From IMG/VR virus record IMGVR_UViG_3300025875_000016, positions 2,634 to 66,633 of that record: a DNA stretch of 64,000 bases; one strand, written 5' to 3'. The position numbers and the translations under genes are program-made. The DNA is from a virus. Lineage: Duplodnaviria > Caudoviricetes. Positions 40,062-48,520 of the stretch are shown here, one piece after another; within the stretch, counting starts at the first letter, position 1, and each line of letters opens with the position of its first letter. The notes under the pieces are model-generated. The model ran no database searches, was not told the DNA's origin, and was given only the letters and a program-made list of their open reading frames with translations.

Positions 40062-40454
40062 TTAGCCCGGTTGGGGTTCGCCACTGTAGTCCTTCAGCAT
40101 CTCTCGGTAGCGTTCGAGAGTGAAGGTAGAGTGGGTGCTGTCAGCACCGTTGTACCAAGTCTCGAAGAAGCCCCGTTGGGAGCCTTCTTCAATCTCGATA
40201 TCTAGTTCATCGAGCGCCTCGAAGAACGTAGGAGGATTCCCCGGAACCGAGAAGATGAGGCCGTAAACGTCCTCTTCCTGATGGCTCCAGATGATGAGAG
40301 TCCCCTCATTGTTGACCGAGAGCACATACTCTTGAGAGTTGTACTGGTCGATCTTGGCGTCCCAGCGATCTTCGTTGAACTGGTCACGCTCTTCTTGGGA
40401 CATAGGCGTCACGAGGATTGCCATAGTCCCTTTGGTCATGACGGTTTCACTCAC
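40062..40454 (-). CDS. Hypothetical acidic protein, 130 aa
   Basis: ORF with phage-like codon usage overlapping the upstream stop. Confidence 0.6.
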   Translation of the reverse strand: MSETVMTKGTMAILVTPMSQEERDQFNEDRWDAKIDQYNSQEYVLSVNNEGTLIIWSHQEEDVYGLIFSVPGNPPTFFEALDELDIEIEEGSQRGFFETWYNGADSTHSTFTLERYREMLKDYSGEPQPG

Positions 40455-40914
40455 CCTGCATCATCCCAGCTTGACCGTCTCCCAGCGAGGGATTCGGGTT
40501 GGTGATGAGTTCTTGGACATCGCCTTGGAAGTCGATATCCGGGAGAACAGTCTGCGGACGCCAGACCACACGGGTGTGGAACGTGGACACGTCCTCAGCA
40601 TCGACCTGTTCTGCGAAGTAGGTCACATTGTCCGATCGACCCAAGAAGTGCTTTCGGAAGCCGTCAGCATCCTTGCAGGTGATCGTGATCTGGGTGGATG
40701 TGTTGTCGTTGCCTAGACTACAGAAGCCTGTGACTTCGAGGATGTAGGCGTCGGTGATGCCGTTGTAGAAAACGACTCGACGCATGATCTCGAAGTTATC
40801 CGCAGCTTCCGATAGATTCTTGGAAGCTACGTCAGCAGCTCGCTCACAAGCAGCCAGCAGAGAGAGTCCGATAGTGGCGACAAGGGCTGCCACAAAGCCA
40901 AGAGTGCGACGCAT
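40447..40914 (-). CDS. Putative lipoprotein
   Basis: MRR + hydrophobic core + LAAC lipobox; AADVASKNLSEAADNFEIMRRVVFYNGIT. Confidence 0.75.
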   Translation of the reverse strand: MRRTLGFVAALVATIGLSLLAACERAADVASKNLSEAADNFEIMRRVVFYNGITDAYILEVTGFCSLGNDNTSTQITITCKDADGFRKHFLGRSDNVTYFAEQVDAEDVSTFHTRVVWRPQTVLPDIDFQGDVQELITNPNPSLGDGQAGMMQGE

Positions 40915-40981
40915 TGCTATCCTCTGAAAAGCTAGGGGCCTGCCGGGATGGCAGACCCCAAAAAAAGAGATGTAGATGAGG

Positions 40982-41368
40982 TCAGGCTTCAGCAGCGAGC
41001 CAAAGCGGATAGAATGACTTCACGATCCCTTGGAAAAGAGAGTCCTTGACTCTCTGGTTCACAGGAAGCTCGTCGTAGGGAACCATGCAAGGATGCTCCT
41101 TGCGTTCTACGTCCTTCTTTGGGCCGTAAACCCATCCGGTAGCGAGTTTCTCACCATACCAAGATTGGTGACTGGCAGAAGGATCAGCACCGGGGTTCTG
41201 GAAGGTGAAGAGAACTCCATGGATGGCGGATTCTTGCTGCCAATCAGGAGCCGAATGCCAAGGCATCTGGCTGTAGTCCTCGTTCATCTCACACCACGCC
41301 TTGTTGGCTTCATGAGCCATCATAGCTGCGGTTAGAACGATAGAGCCTTTGTTTGTAAGATCAGCTTT
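40982..41368 (-). CDS. RyR-domain protein
   Basis: AHEANKAWC...SHQSW...GWVYGPKKDVERKEHPCMVPYDELP..QRVKD. Likely start MKADLT, overlapping the upstream stop. Confidence 0.75.
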   Translation of the reverse strand, partial: KADLTNKGSIVLTAAMMAHEANKAWCEMNEDYSQMPWHSAPDWQQESAIHGVLFTFQNPGADPSASHQSWYGEKLATGWVYGPKKDVERKEHPCMVPYDELPVNQRVKDSLFQGIVKSFYPLWLAAEA

Positions 41369-41613
41369 CATTTGGTGATGTCCTTCACGGCCCACATAAC
41401 TGCTTGCTCCAAGTTGGTCTTAGCCAGTGAAAGCTCACGGCTCGAACCAATGGAATCAAGGTAATCAAGGAACTCTTGCCCCATATCCTTGATATGGACC
41501 ATCTGGTCCTTCTCTTCTTGGTTCAGCACTCGGTATTGATGACGCACTATGTTGTTTACTGTGCGAGCATCACTCTCCGAGGCTACCTTCTTCAGTTCGT
41601 CGATCGGTGCCAT
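41368..41613 (-). CDS. Acb2/Tad1-like helical-hairpin protein (candidate nucleotide sponge)
   Basis: HQYRVLNQEEKDQM..IKD.G...SRELSLAKTNLEQAVMWAVK. Confidence 0.6.
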   Translation of the reverse strand: MAPIDELKKVASESDARTVNNIVRHQYRVLNQEEKDQMVHIKDMGQEFLDYLDSIGSSRELSLAKTNLEQAVMWAVKDITK

Positions 41614-41621
41614 CTGGTGTC

Positions 41622-41804
41622 CTACACTACATCCAAGGGCTCTAGGTCGGCCCTCAATAGTAAGGTAGGTCGGTTTGAATCTGCACCAATAACCGAGAAC
41701 GGGTTATTGGGAAACTTGTATTTGGCAATATGGTAGAAGAAATCTCTGGGCATATCCGGGATGACTGTGCCATCCGGGAATCTGACCATGTATTCTTCAA
41801 ACAT
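41622..41804 (-). CDS. Hypothetical protein, 60 aa
   Basis: Start reassigned to MFEEYMV (GAGG RBS just past the HNH stop). Confidence 0.5.
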   Translation of the reverse strand: MFEEYMVRFPDGTVIPDMPRDFFYHIAKYKFPNNPFSVIGADSNRPTLLLRADLEPLDVV

Positions 41805-41811
41805 CTTGCCT

Positions 41812-42174
41812 CTACGCCGCCAGTGGGAGTTTAATACCTTCTTTGGCACGACGGGCTCTCCGTTTCTGATTCTCTTTATGTGAGACCAGCTCAAGGTGAA
41901 GAGGATTGCAGCAACGACGATTGTTGCAAATATGGTCAACCTGCTTGCGTCCGGGGATGAACCCATAAAAATGAGTATAAACAACAAGATGCACAGCACA
42001 AGTAGTACCATTGATCGAAACCCGTCCATAGCCGCCTCCCTTACCATCGCCAGAATCTGGACCGAGCCAGAGCCAGCATCCTGAAATGGGGTCTATATAG
42101 ACCCGGCTCATAATTTTGCCGATTATGTCTTCTCGCCTAGTAGTCGGCAAATCTACTTCGGGTATTTGTATCAC
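41812..42174 (-). CDS. HNH endonuclease-family protein (N4 gp22-like)
   Basis: GCWLW..GYG...H..Y...QVDHICNNRRCCNPLHLELV...EN. Confidence 0.85.
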   Translation of the reverse strand: MIQIPEVDLPTTRREDIIGKIMSRVYIDPISGCWLWLGPDSGDGKGGGYGRVSINGTTCAVHLVVYTHFYGFIPGRKQVDHICNNRRCCNPLHLELVSHKENQKRRARRAKEGIKLPLAA

Positions 42175-42235
42175 ATTACTTCCTCCTTGGCTCAGCGTTA
42201 CGCTTAACCCGAAAAGGAGATGTTGATACTCTGTA

Positions 42236-42273
42236 ATAAAAAAAGGGACCCAGAGCCTAAGCCCTGAGTCCCT
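42236..42273 (-). terminator. Intrinsic terminator
   Basis: + strand A-run then AGGGAC...GTCCCT hairpin. Confidence 0.6.
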
Positions 42274-42280
42274 AATCCGC

Positions 42281-43225
42281 TTAGTTGCGGAGTTCGTAGT
42301 AGAAGTCTTCGATCAGCTCATCGACGGTCCCATCATCGTTGTTGGGGTAGTCGTTCATCACCAAAGTTGGCTCGTGAAACAGCTCCATGACCTCCTTGAA
42401 GGTCAGCTTGATGATGTTGCGAGCGTCGGTGATGATCCAGAACTGAGCTTCTCCCGACAGGTAGTCGAACACGATGTCGAAGATGACCCCGTTGCCAGTC
42501 CGACGACCGTCCTTGGTGCAAAGCTGGGTCATACGTTCCAGATGGCGTTCACTGGCTTTGCACTCAGCCCATTCAGGGAGCTGCTCCTCTTCCATATTAA
42601 GGCCGAGGAGCCAGTTGATGAACGGGTCTTCAACTTCATTGTAGGCAGCCTTCTGAGCCTCTGGAGAAGCTCGGAAGTCGTCCTCGTCGTGGCAGGGGCA
42701 CTCAGGATCGTCACACTGCTCAGAGAGATCAGGCTGAGCTTTACCCATATCATCGCTGAAGCGATTGATGACACTGTAGTCACCATTGATGATAGCATTC
42801 ACAATGGTAGCAGCTTCCTGCGTCAGCTCACCAGTCTTCGGATCGAGCTTGAGGTCGAAGCTCCCATCGGGAATCTTCATGCCACGATCCATGGCACGAC
42901 CAAGGACCTCAGCGACCTCGTAGGAGACTTCTATGGCTCGGGCCTTGGCAGCCTCAGAAGGGGCTTCTTCTTGTTCTTCTTGCTTCTCCTCGGTCTTGGA
43001 AGAGAAGTTACCGAAGAACTCGTTGTAAGCCCGGCGAACACGGTCCTGTTCGCTGTCCGAAGGAGCAGGAATAGTGTCCTCAGGGAAGAGGCCATCCACT
43101 GTCTGTTCGACAGTGCGACCCGTATTGAGAGCCGTATAGACAATCAGGTTGAGCACACTCGGTTCGATGTTGCTGGACTCACCACGGAGGTTGGCAGCGA
43201 CATTGCGGGCGATCTGAGAAGTCAT
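42281..43225 (-). CDS. Hypothetical acidic protein, 314 aa
   Basis: Long ORF with typical codon usage; no family recognised. Confidence 0.7.
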   Translation of the reverse strand: MTSQIARNVAANLRGESSNIEPSVLNLIVYTALNTGRTVEQTVDGLFPEDTIPAPSDSEQDRVRRAYNEFFGNFSSKTEEKQEEQEEAPSEAAKARAIEVSYEVAEVLGRAMDRGMKIPDGSFDLKLDPKTGELTQEAATIVNAIINGDYSVINRFSDDMGKAQPDLSEQCDDPECPCHDEDDFRASPEAQKAAYNEVEDPFINWLLGLNMEEEQLPEWAECKASERHLERMTQLCTKDGRRTGNGVIFDIVFDYLSGEAQFWIITDARNIIKLTFKEVMELFHEPTLVMNDYPNNDDGTVDELIEDFYYELRN

Positions 43226-43288
43226 TGTTGTAAGCTTTCTCTGGTTGGTTTGGAGATGGTAACAGCCCCATAAGGGGCTGTCATAAGC

Positions 43289-44524
43289 TCAGCTAAGAGC
43301 GTAGTCGGCGTGGAGAATCTTGTCCGCGATAGAGCCAAGCTTTGTAACGGTGAGGTTCTTGTCTCCAGTGATCTGACGGGCGATGAACTGGAGGAGGTTG
43401 GACTTGGCAATCTCGTAGAGAACTTGATTGTACTGCCGACGTAGATCGTTGGCGTAGTTCGGCAAGCACCGGAAGCAGTCGTGGATGGTCATAAGTTGGA
43501 AGGGAGCATCCGGCATCGACTGGATCAGCTTGGCTATGACCAGTGGGTCCACCAAGCCGAAGTTCTCTGCACAGAGATGATCCAAGATGCGAGCCGAGAG
43601 GAAGCCCGAATCCTTGTAGTGCTTCCAGAGGATGGCCACCATCTTGTCGTCGTCGGTTTCGTGGCGGATACCCTTCTGACCAGTCTGAATGTTCAGCAGA
43701 ATATCTATCAGCTTCTCCGGGTTGAACCCGCAGCGTGCTACCATCTCTCGTACTACCATCCCATCAACCGAGTGGATGACGTTCGGAGAGATCGACCGTC
43801 CTTCCTTGGTTCCCTTGTTGACCTTCACCCATACAGTGATGGGTTGGTCCATGAACTGGACCGTATGGTCTTCGAGGTCTTCGACCTTGACGTGGACGTG
43901 GAAGTTGTCCGGCAGCACCCAGTCGTGGCTGGGGGCGTAGGGTTGCCAAAGCTGCTGAAGGTCCTTGTTGAGTTCCCACGCTCCGGGAGCGAGGTCCTCC
44001 ATCACTTCGTAGAAGGTCCTGAGCTGTTCACCCAGTCCGAAGACCTTCTTTGGGATAGCAGTAGAGCTGTAGAGGGCCGTCATGATGGCTTGCTTGCAGT
44101 CAGCCCTCGTGATCTTGGCCTTCAGTCCCAGTCGCTCACACATCTCAAGGTAGATGATCGTGTAAGCGTCTGCTCGGTGGCCTATGGAGACTACGCCGCA
44201 GAGCTTAGCGGATTTCTCGCATTCCAAGAGACACGAAAGCAGTTGAAGTCCCGATGAGCAAGCGTCCAGACTGATAGGATATCCAGATGGCTCTCCGCGC
44301 AGAGCATCGCGGTATGCGGTAATTCCAGCGTAGAAAAGAGCGGGTTCATCAGCATCAGTGAGGAGTTGCGGGATGGGGTCTTTTTCTGGGTCAAGGCTGA
44401 GGATGTCCTTCTCGTTAAGCTTGAACCAAGCGATACGCTCGTCCCAGTCTTTCTTGTCGAGGCCATAGTTGTTGGCCACGTCGATCATGAGATACTCGAT
44501 AGGTGTGAACTCAGTGATGGGCAT
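43289..44524 (-). CDS. RNA polymerase II catalytic subunit (N4 gp16-like)
   Basis: LDACSSGLQ (A), [13 protein letters not shown] (B), IHDCF (C). Confidence 0.93.
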   Translation of the reverse strand: MPITEFTPIEYLMIDVANNYGLDKKDWDERIAWFKLNEKDILSLDPEKDPIPQLLTDADEPALFYAGITAYRDALRGEPSGYPISLDACSSGLQLLSCLLECEKSAKLCGVVSIGHRADAYTIIYLEMCERLGLKAKITRADCKQAIMTALYSSTAIPKKVFGLGEQLRTFYEVMEDLAPGAWELNKDLQQLWQPYAPSHDWVLPDNFHVHVKVEDLEDHTVQFMDQPITVWVKVNKGTKEGRSISPNVIHSVDGMVVREMVARCGFNPEKLIDILLNIQTGQKGIRHETDDDKMVAILWKHYKDSGFLSARILDHLCAENFGLVDPLVIAKLIQSMPDAPFQLMTIHDCFRCLPNYANDLRRQYNQVLYEIAKSNLLQFIARQITGDKNLTVTKLGSIADKILHADYALS

Positions 44525-44545
44525 TGGCGACTCCTATGGTGGATT

Positions 44546-44731
44546 CTATCCAGTTATCCTGAGGAAGTAGTTGTACATATCCTCGAAGAGCTGGCTTTGT
44601 GCTGCTCTCGCGGCAGCTTCGCGGTCCTCATAGTATTCTCTGACCATGGCCCTGAAGGCCATGATCTGGGATTTGGAGCGGATGTGGACTACCGGCCTCC
44701 GAATCTTGTTCCTCATTGGGGACTTCTTCAT
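44546..44731 (-). CDS. Small basic protein between the RNAP II subunits
   Basis: 61 aa, GGAG RBS. Confidence 0.6.
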   Translation of the reverse strand: MKKSPMRNKIRRPVVHIRSKSQIMAFRAMVREYYEDREAAARAAQSQLFEDMYNYFLRITG

Positions 44732-44746
44732 TTTTGGCTCCTAGTA

Positions 44747-45622
44747 TCAGGAGGTCTTGACGACCTCCTTGTGGGCGAACTCGACCGTGGCCTTGTTCCA
44801 AGGGTTCCCTTGCGGGTTCACATGGTATCCTTGGGTGTAGGATCGGCCTCTCTTGTCGTATCGTGTGGTGATGTGGAAGCGGTTGCCGTGGAGAACCAAG
44901 TGGTCAATGACGTCCCTTGAGACCTCATCGTACTTGGCGAAGGCTTTGACGCGGGCTTGATAGTCCTTCTTGTCCTCACCCGGCTGCTGCTTGTCGAGGT
45001 TCTTCCACTTGTTCTGGATCAGCCTGACCACCTCGGTATTCAGACTGTAGGTCACTTCGTTCTGGCGGTTCAAGTGGGCCAGATAGACATCATCCTCGGT
45101 ATGGTTGTTCCTAAGGATCACGCTCTTGGAGAACGTGTAGTAGCCACTGTCGGTGTTCTTCTTTACCTCTAGTGGGACCACCAGCATGGGAAGTGGGTAC
45201 TGGTAGCGGTCGAGGTCTTGGTACACATCCTCGCTGACGTCGATACGAATGATGAAGGTAGGTTGACACTCCCTCTTCATCGTAGCGAAGTCCATCTTAT
45301 AGACCTCTTCGAAGTCTACGAAGTCCTCTTCGGCTGCTTTAAGCAGTGCATCGGCACACGCTTGGAATGGGTCTTTATGTTCCTCGAAATAGCGATGGAG
45401 GATGCCGATAAGGATATCGACTGTAGCCCGTTTGTGCAGGACCATCTGGCAGAGGAGGTCCACGAGGAATCCCTCTGGTGCTTGGCCTTCCAGTTCCAGC
45501 CCCAGTATCCTCTCCCGTACTTCTTCATCTGCGTTGAACTCCTCTCGTAGTCGGCTCATCACTTGGTTCTTGTTATAGAGATGCTCGAAGTCGATCTGGG
45601 ATTGGACGTCGGGTGTGGTCAT
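44747..45622 (-). CDS. RNA polymerase II subunit 1 (N4 gp15-like)
   Basis: YPLPMLVVP, YDKRGRSYTQGYHVNPQG. Confidence 0.9.
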   Translation of the reverse strand: MTTPDVQSQIDFEHLYNKNQVMSRLREEFNADEEVRERILGLELEGQAPEGFLVDLLCQMVLHKRATVDILIGILHRYFEEHKDPFQACADALLKAAEEDFVDFEEVYKMDFATMKRECQPTFIIRIDVSEDVYQDLDRYQYPLPMLVVPLEVKKNTDSGYYTFSKSVILRNNHTEDDVYLAHLNRQNEVTYSLNTEVVRLIQNKWKNLDKQQPGEDKKDYQARVKAFAKYDEVSRDVIDHLVLHGNRFHITTRYDKRGRSYTQGYHVNPQGNPWNKATVEFAHKEVVKTS

Positions 45623-45625
45623 AGA

Positions 45626-45949
45626 TCAGACTCCTTTGATGATGATAGGATGCCAGAGCCTCAGCCCATGGGATTTGGGTAGATGTTTGTTGCGAATGAT
45701 TTCGATAATCCAGTAGTAGTCTTCCTCTTGGTAGGGCCATTGTGGTGATCGGAATCGGGCTCCAAGCTCTATCTTTTCGAGCCTTAGAGGGAGAGCATTG
45801 AACTCGCTCTCTTTGATCCAGAGCACTGGGTACTGGAAGCTGAGGAAGCTGAATCCATGGTTCGCATGGTCTGGGCCGGGATTTTCATCCCGACCATCAC
45901 TCATGGAGCCATAGTTAAGGGCATGGTAGCCCGCATCTGTCTTCTTCAC
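45626..45949 (-). CDS. Hypothetical protein, 107 aa
   Basis: GTG start overlapping the upstream stop. Confidence 0.5.
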   Translation of the reverse strand: MKKTDAGYHALNYGSMSDGRDENPGPDHANHGFSFLSFQYPVLWIKESEFNALPLRLEKIELGARFRSPQWPYQEEDYYWIIEIIRNKHLPKSHGLRLWHPIIIKGV

Positions 45950-46323
45950 TTGCGTCTCCTCGCGTTACGCTTGTGTCCGTTCTCGATGTGGTAGGGGCTG
46001 TGACCGTGGGGTGGTGGTTTGTCCATGAAGGTCATGGCTTCGTCCACAGCAATGATCTGATCGGCTAGATCGTCGAAGATGGATTCGTAGTAGCCCTCAT
46101 TGAGCACGATCTCTCCACCTTGGTCAGAGGTTTTGGTGGAGCGACCATATTCATGGAACATGGCTCGGACTTCAGTGGGCGTGTAGTCCACGGCTTCGTC
46201 CAAGACTACTAGGCTGATGTCTACATCTTGTTGCTTGAGGGCCGCATCAAGACGCTTCATCATCTCTGCGTCCATCATATGGACCAGAAGCACACTGTTC
46301 GGAACTCCACGGGTCATTCTCAT
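45946..46323 (-). CDS. Hypothetical protein, about 125 aa
   Basis: GAGG RBS; start uncertain because of overlap with the upstream ORF. Confidence 0.55.
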   Translation of the reverse strand: MRMTRGVPNSVLLVHMMDAEMMKRLDAALKQQDVDISLVVLDEAVDYTPTEVRAMFHEYGRSTKTSDQGGEIVLNEGYYESIFDDLADQIIAVDEAMTFMDKPPPHGHSPYHIENGHKRNARRRK

Positions 46324-46678
46324 CCATCCTCAGTTGTTGGAGCTTGTAGACTCCAGTTGCGTTGCACTCATCACAGTCTTCTACTTCATTTCCGTATCCT
46401 AGAACCAAACCACCGTGGCAGTTTTGGCATACCCAGTCGTCTGGTTCTAGGAGTTCAGATAGTAGCATCTCTCGGGCTTGCTTGAATCTTTGAGCTATCT
46501 TACGAAGCTGGAGAAGCCTACCAGCTACGTATTTATCAATGTCCTTGTTGTGCTCTTGGTCATTGAGATAGCTAAGCTCATGGAGGTCCGTTAGGACATC
46601 TGACTCTACGATGTCCATGATCCCCTCTATGAAGTCATAGAAGGTGAATGGTGCGTCAGAAGGTGCCCCAGTATTCAT
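46247..46678 (-). CDS. Hypothetical protein with CxxC..CxxC (DnaJ-like Zn finger)
   Basis: CQNCHGG...CDECNATG. Confidence 0.6.
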   Translation of the reverse strand: MNTGAPSDAPFTFYDFIEGIMDIVESDVLTDLHELSYLNDQEHNKDIDKYVAGRLLQLRKIAQRFKQAREMLLSELLEPDDWVCQNCHGGLVLGYGNEVEDCDECNATGVYKLQQLRMDENDPWSSEQCASGPYDGRRDDEAS

Positions 46679-47111
46679 AGTCGTCTCCCAGCCATTGCTG
46701 CCAAGCTGTATCGAAGAAGCAGTTCTTGGAGCTACCTAGGAACATACGGGCCATGGTCTCATCGTCGTGGATGCGAGCGAGTCCGCATCCCACTTGGGTC
46801 ACGATGAACTTAAACTCCTGATGGACCTTCGCGTAGAACTTGAAGGTGTCCACGTATGGGATGATGTAAGCGGTAGGAATAGGTGCGAATCTGTGGCCTA
46901 CCGTGGGGATCGCATAGCTGCGTCCGTGGTGGCCTGCCATGCCTCGGGGACCAAAGAGCGCTCCCCACTGTTCTGCCGCTGTGCGGGCCGCTCCGGCTCC
47001 GTGGTAGCCATCGTAGTTGGAGCCAAAGACGAAGACTAGGCTGGGGTCCATATCTGGAGTGATGATGGTCCGTTGGGGGCGACGGCTTGGGCTGTAGTTG
47101 AAGATGCTCAT
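46656..47111 (-). CDS. Macro-domain-like protein (A1S_2505-type phage family)
   Basis: VFVFGSN..G.HGAGAA...GRSYAIPT...VTQVGCGLA. Start MSIFNY has an AAGGAG RBS. Confidence 0.65.
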   Translation of the reverse strand: MSIFNYSPSRRPQRTIITPDMDPSLVFVFGSNYDGYHGAGAARTAAEQWGALFGPRGMAGHHGRSYAIPTVGHRFAPIPTAYIIPYVDTFKFYAKVHQEFKFIVTQVGCGLARIHDDETMARMFLGSSKNCFFDTAWQQWLGDDYEYWGTF

Positions 47112-47278
47112 TGGGCGGTCTCCTTGGTTGTGCAGGTAACTGCGAGGTCTTTGCACCAAGGGAACTTCCCTCGGGCTAGGCTCAGAGCCTCATGGTTGAA
47201 GTGTGCCTTTATGGCTCCGAGGTAGACTCTCTTGCCGTTCTTGGTCCCATGGACCTTGTAGAGATGCTTGTCTCGCAT
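47108..47278 (-). CDS. Small basic early protein, 56 aa
   Basis: MRDKHLYK start with CAGGAG RBS. Confidence 0.6.
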   Translation of the reverse strand: MRDKHLYKVHGTKNGKRVYLGAIKAHFNHEALSLARGKFPWCKDLAVTCTTKETAQ

Positions 47279-47350
47279 TGTGGTCTCCTGTTGTTGATCC
47301 AAGGGAAGGGCGAAAGGGAGGCGAGGCACGAGACCCCGCCAGCCAAAGGC

Positions 47351-47370
47351 CCGAAGGCGCGTGAGCGCCT
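47351..47370 (-). promoter_or_regulatory. Putative vRNAP hairpin promoter (template = + strand)
   Basis: C-CGAA-GGCGC-GTGA-GCGCC. Confidence 0.75.
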
Positions 47371-47590
47371 ATGTGCGTGGATAGTCTACAGCATGAGCCT
47401 TGAGGGCATCAGCAGCATAGCCCATGGCTCCTAAAGCCCTGAGGGTTGGTTCTCCAAGGTCGATGTACTCGCCACCTTTCTGGAGAACGAGCCTTTGGGT
47501 ATCGCCTACATTGGCAATTCCTAAGTCCCAGTTCTGAGTGAGTGAGACGAAAATGCCGCCATGGACTTCGTTTTGATTGAAGGTTTTCAT
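47369..47590 (-). CDS. Hypothetical protein, 73 aa
   Basis: ATGA overlap with upstream stop. Confidence 0.6.
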   Translation of the reverse strand: MKTFNQNEVHGGIFVSLTQNWDLGIANVGDTQRLVLQKGGEYIDLGEPTLRALGAMGYAADALKAHAVDYPRT

Positions 47591-48096
47591 CGTACAGTCC
47601 TTGTGATTTTGTTGATGCCTGCAAAGACGTCAGCCACACTCATGGAGCCAAAGTTGAAGATGGGAATACCCTCTTCCTCGGCTATCCTGATGGCTGTAGC
47701 TGTGCCATTGACGGTCTTACCGCCTTCAGTCCAGCAGACCATGAACTCGCTGGGATCATCGAGATCAGGTCCACCAAGCTGATGAACGTTGCGAGCATGA
47801 AGCTTCTGGGCTCCTTGGCTCAGCTTATGCCACGCAGGGTGGAACATCTGGGCTATCTCGAAAGCCTGAGCACTAGGCTTTGTGTAGTAGTCATTGCCGA
47901 AGCGACCTTCGAATCCAGCCCAAGGTAGAAAGATTTGCTTATGCTTGGCTCCTAGCTCGAAAGCTGTATCAGCACCCTCAGCAGCGCCTGAGCGTAAGCA
48001 CCAGTTCTGCTCTCCTAGACAGAGAGCGAGCTGTATCATCTGAGCTTGTATCATCTTGGGAGTTTTGCGTGATCCGACGCCAGTGTAGTATCGCAT
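47587..48096 (-). CDS. SLOG-superfamily (DprA/YspA-like) protein
   Basis: YYTGVGSRKTP...LRSGAAEGADTAFE...HARNVHQ..G...GGKT..GTATAIR. Confidence 0.75.
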   Translation of the reverse strand: MRYYTGVGSRKTPKMIQAQMIQLALCLGEQNWCLRSGAAEGADTAFELGAKHKQIFLPWAGFEGRFGNDYYTKPSAQAFEIAQMFHPAWHKLSQGAQKLHARNVHQLGGPDLDDPSEFMVCWTEGGKTVNGTATAIRIAEEEGIPIFNFGSMSVADVFAGINKITRTVR

Positions 48097-48113
48097 ATTG
48101 TATGCCCCCATAT

Positions 48114-48143
48114 AAAAAAAGGGAGGAGCTTTTGCTCCCCCCT
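48114..48143 (-). terminator. Intrinsic terminator
   Basis: + strand A-run + GGAGC-TTTT-GCTCC. Confidence 0.65.
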
Positions 48144-48164
48144 TATAGGTATACCAGCTCTAGC

Positions 48165-48488
48165 TTAGCAGATGCCGATACAGTTGTCGTTTTGAGATGG
48201 TTGGGCGGGAGAGGTTCGATCACTGTAAGCGTAGGTCACGTTACCGCTTTTGTCCTTCACGATGTACGTACCACTGGGATAGATTCGCCCATTCCAATAG
48301 ACTGGTCGAGAGACCGGACGAGTCACTGGATGACCATTGCGATCGGTCTGGACACCACCGGGGTTGTTGGTGGGGTTGTTGTTCCCCGCTTGGGTCGTGG
48401 TCTTGTGGTCAGCATGAACCATGGGAACCATGGTCAGCAGCATAGCCACCGTCAGGATGAGGGAGCTGAGGATTTGCGAGAGTCGCAT
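48165..48488 (-). CDS. Putative exported protein with signal peptide
   Basis: MRLSQILSSLILTVAMLLTMVPMVHA/D, AxA-like cleavage site. Confidence 0.6.
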   Translation of the reverse strand: MRLSQILSSLILTVAMLLTMVPMVHADHKTTTQAGNNNPTNNPGGVQTDRNGHPVTRPVSRPVYWNGRIYPSGTYIVKDKSGNVTYAYSDRTSPAQPSQNDNCIGIC

Positions 48489-48520
48489 AGTGGGTAATCT
48501 CCAAGTTGATGGCGTTAGCT

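Noticed and set aside
41805-42047. N-terminal hydrophobic extension of the 141-aa ORF 41622-42047
   Set aside because: Overlaps the clear HNH gene in another frame; a better RBS-supported start exists at 41804.
41812-42174. HNH gene as a recent mobile element
   Set aside because: Short stand-alone HNH at the usual N4 gp22-like position with no interrupted gene; the segment looks somewhat AT-rich but that is not enough.
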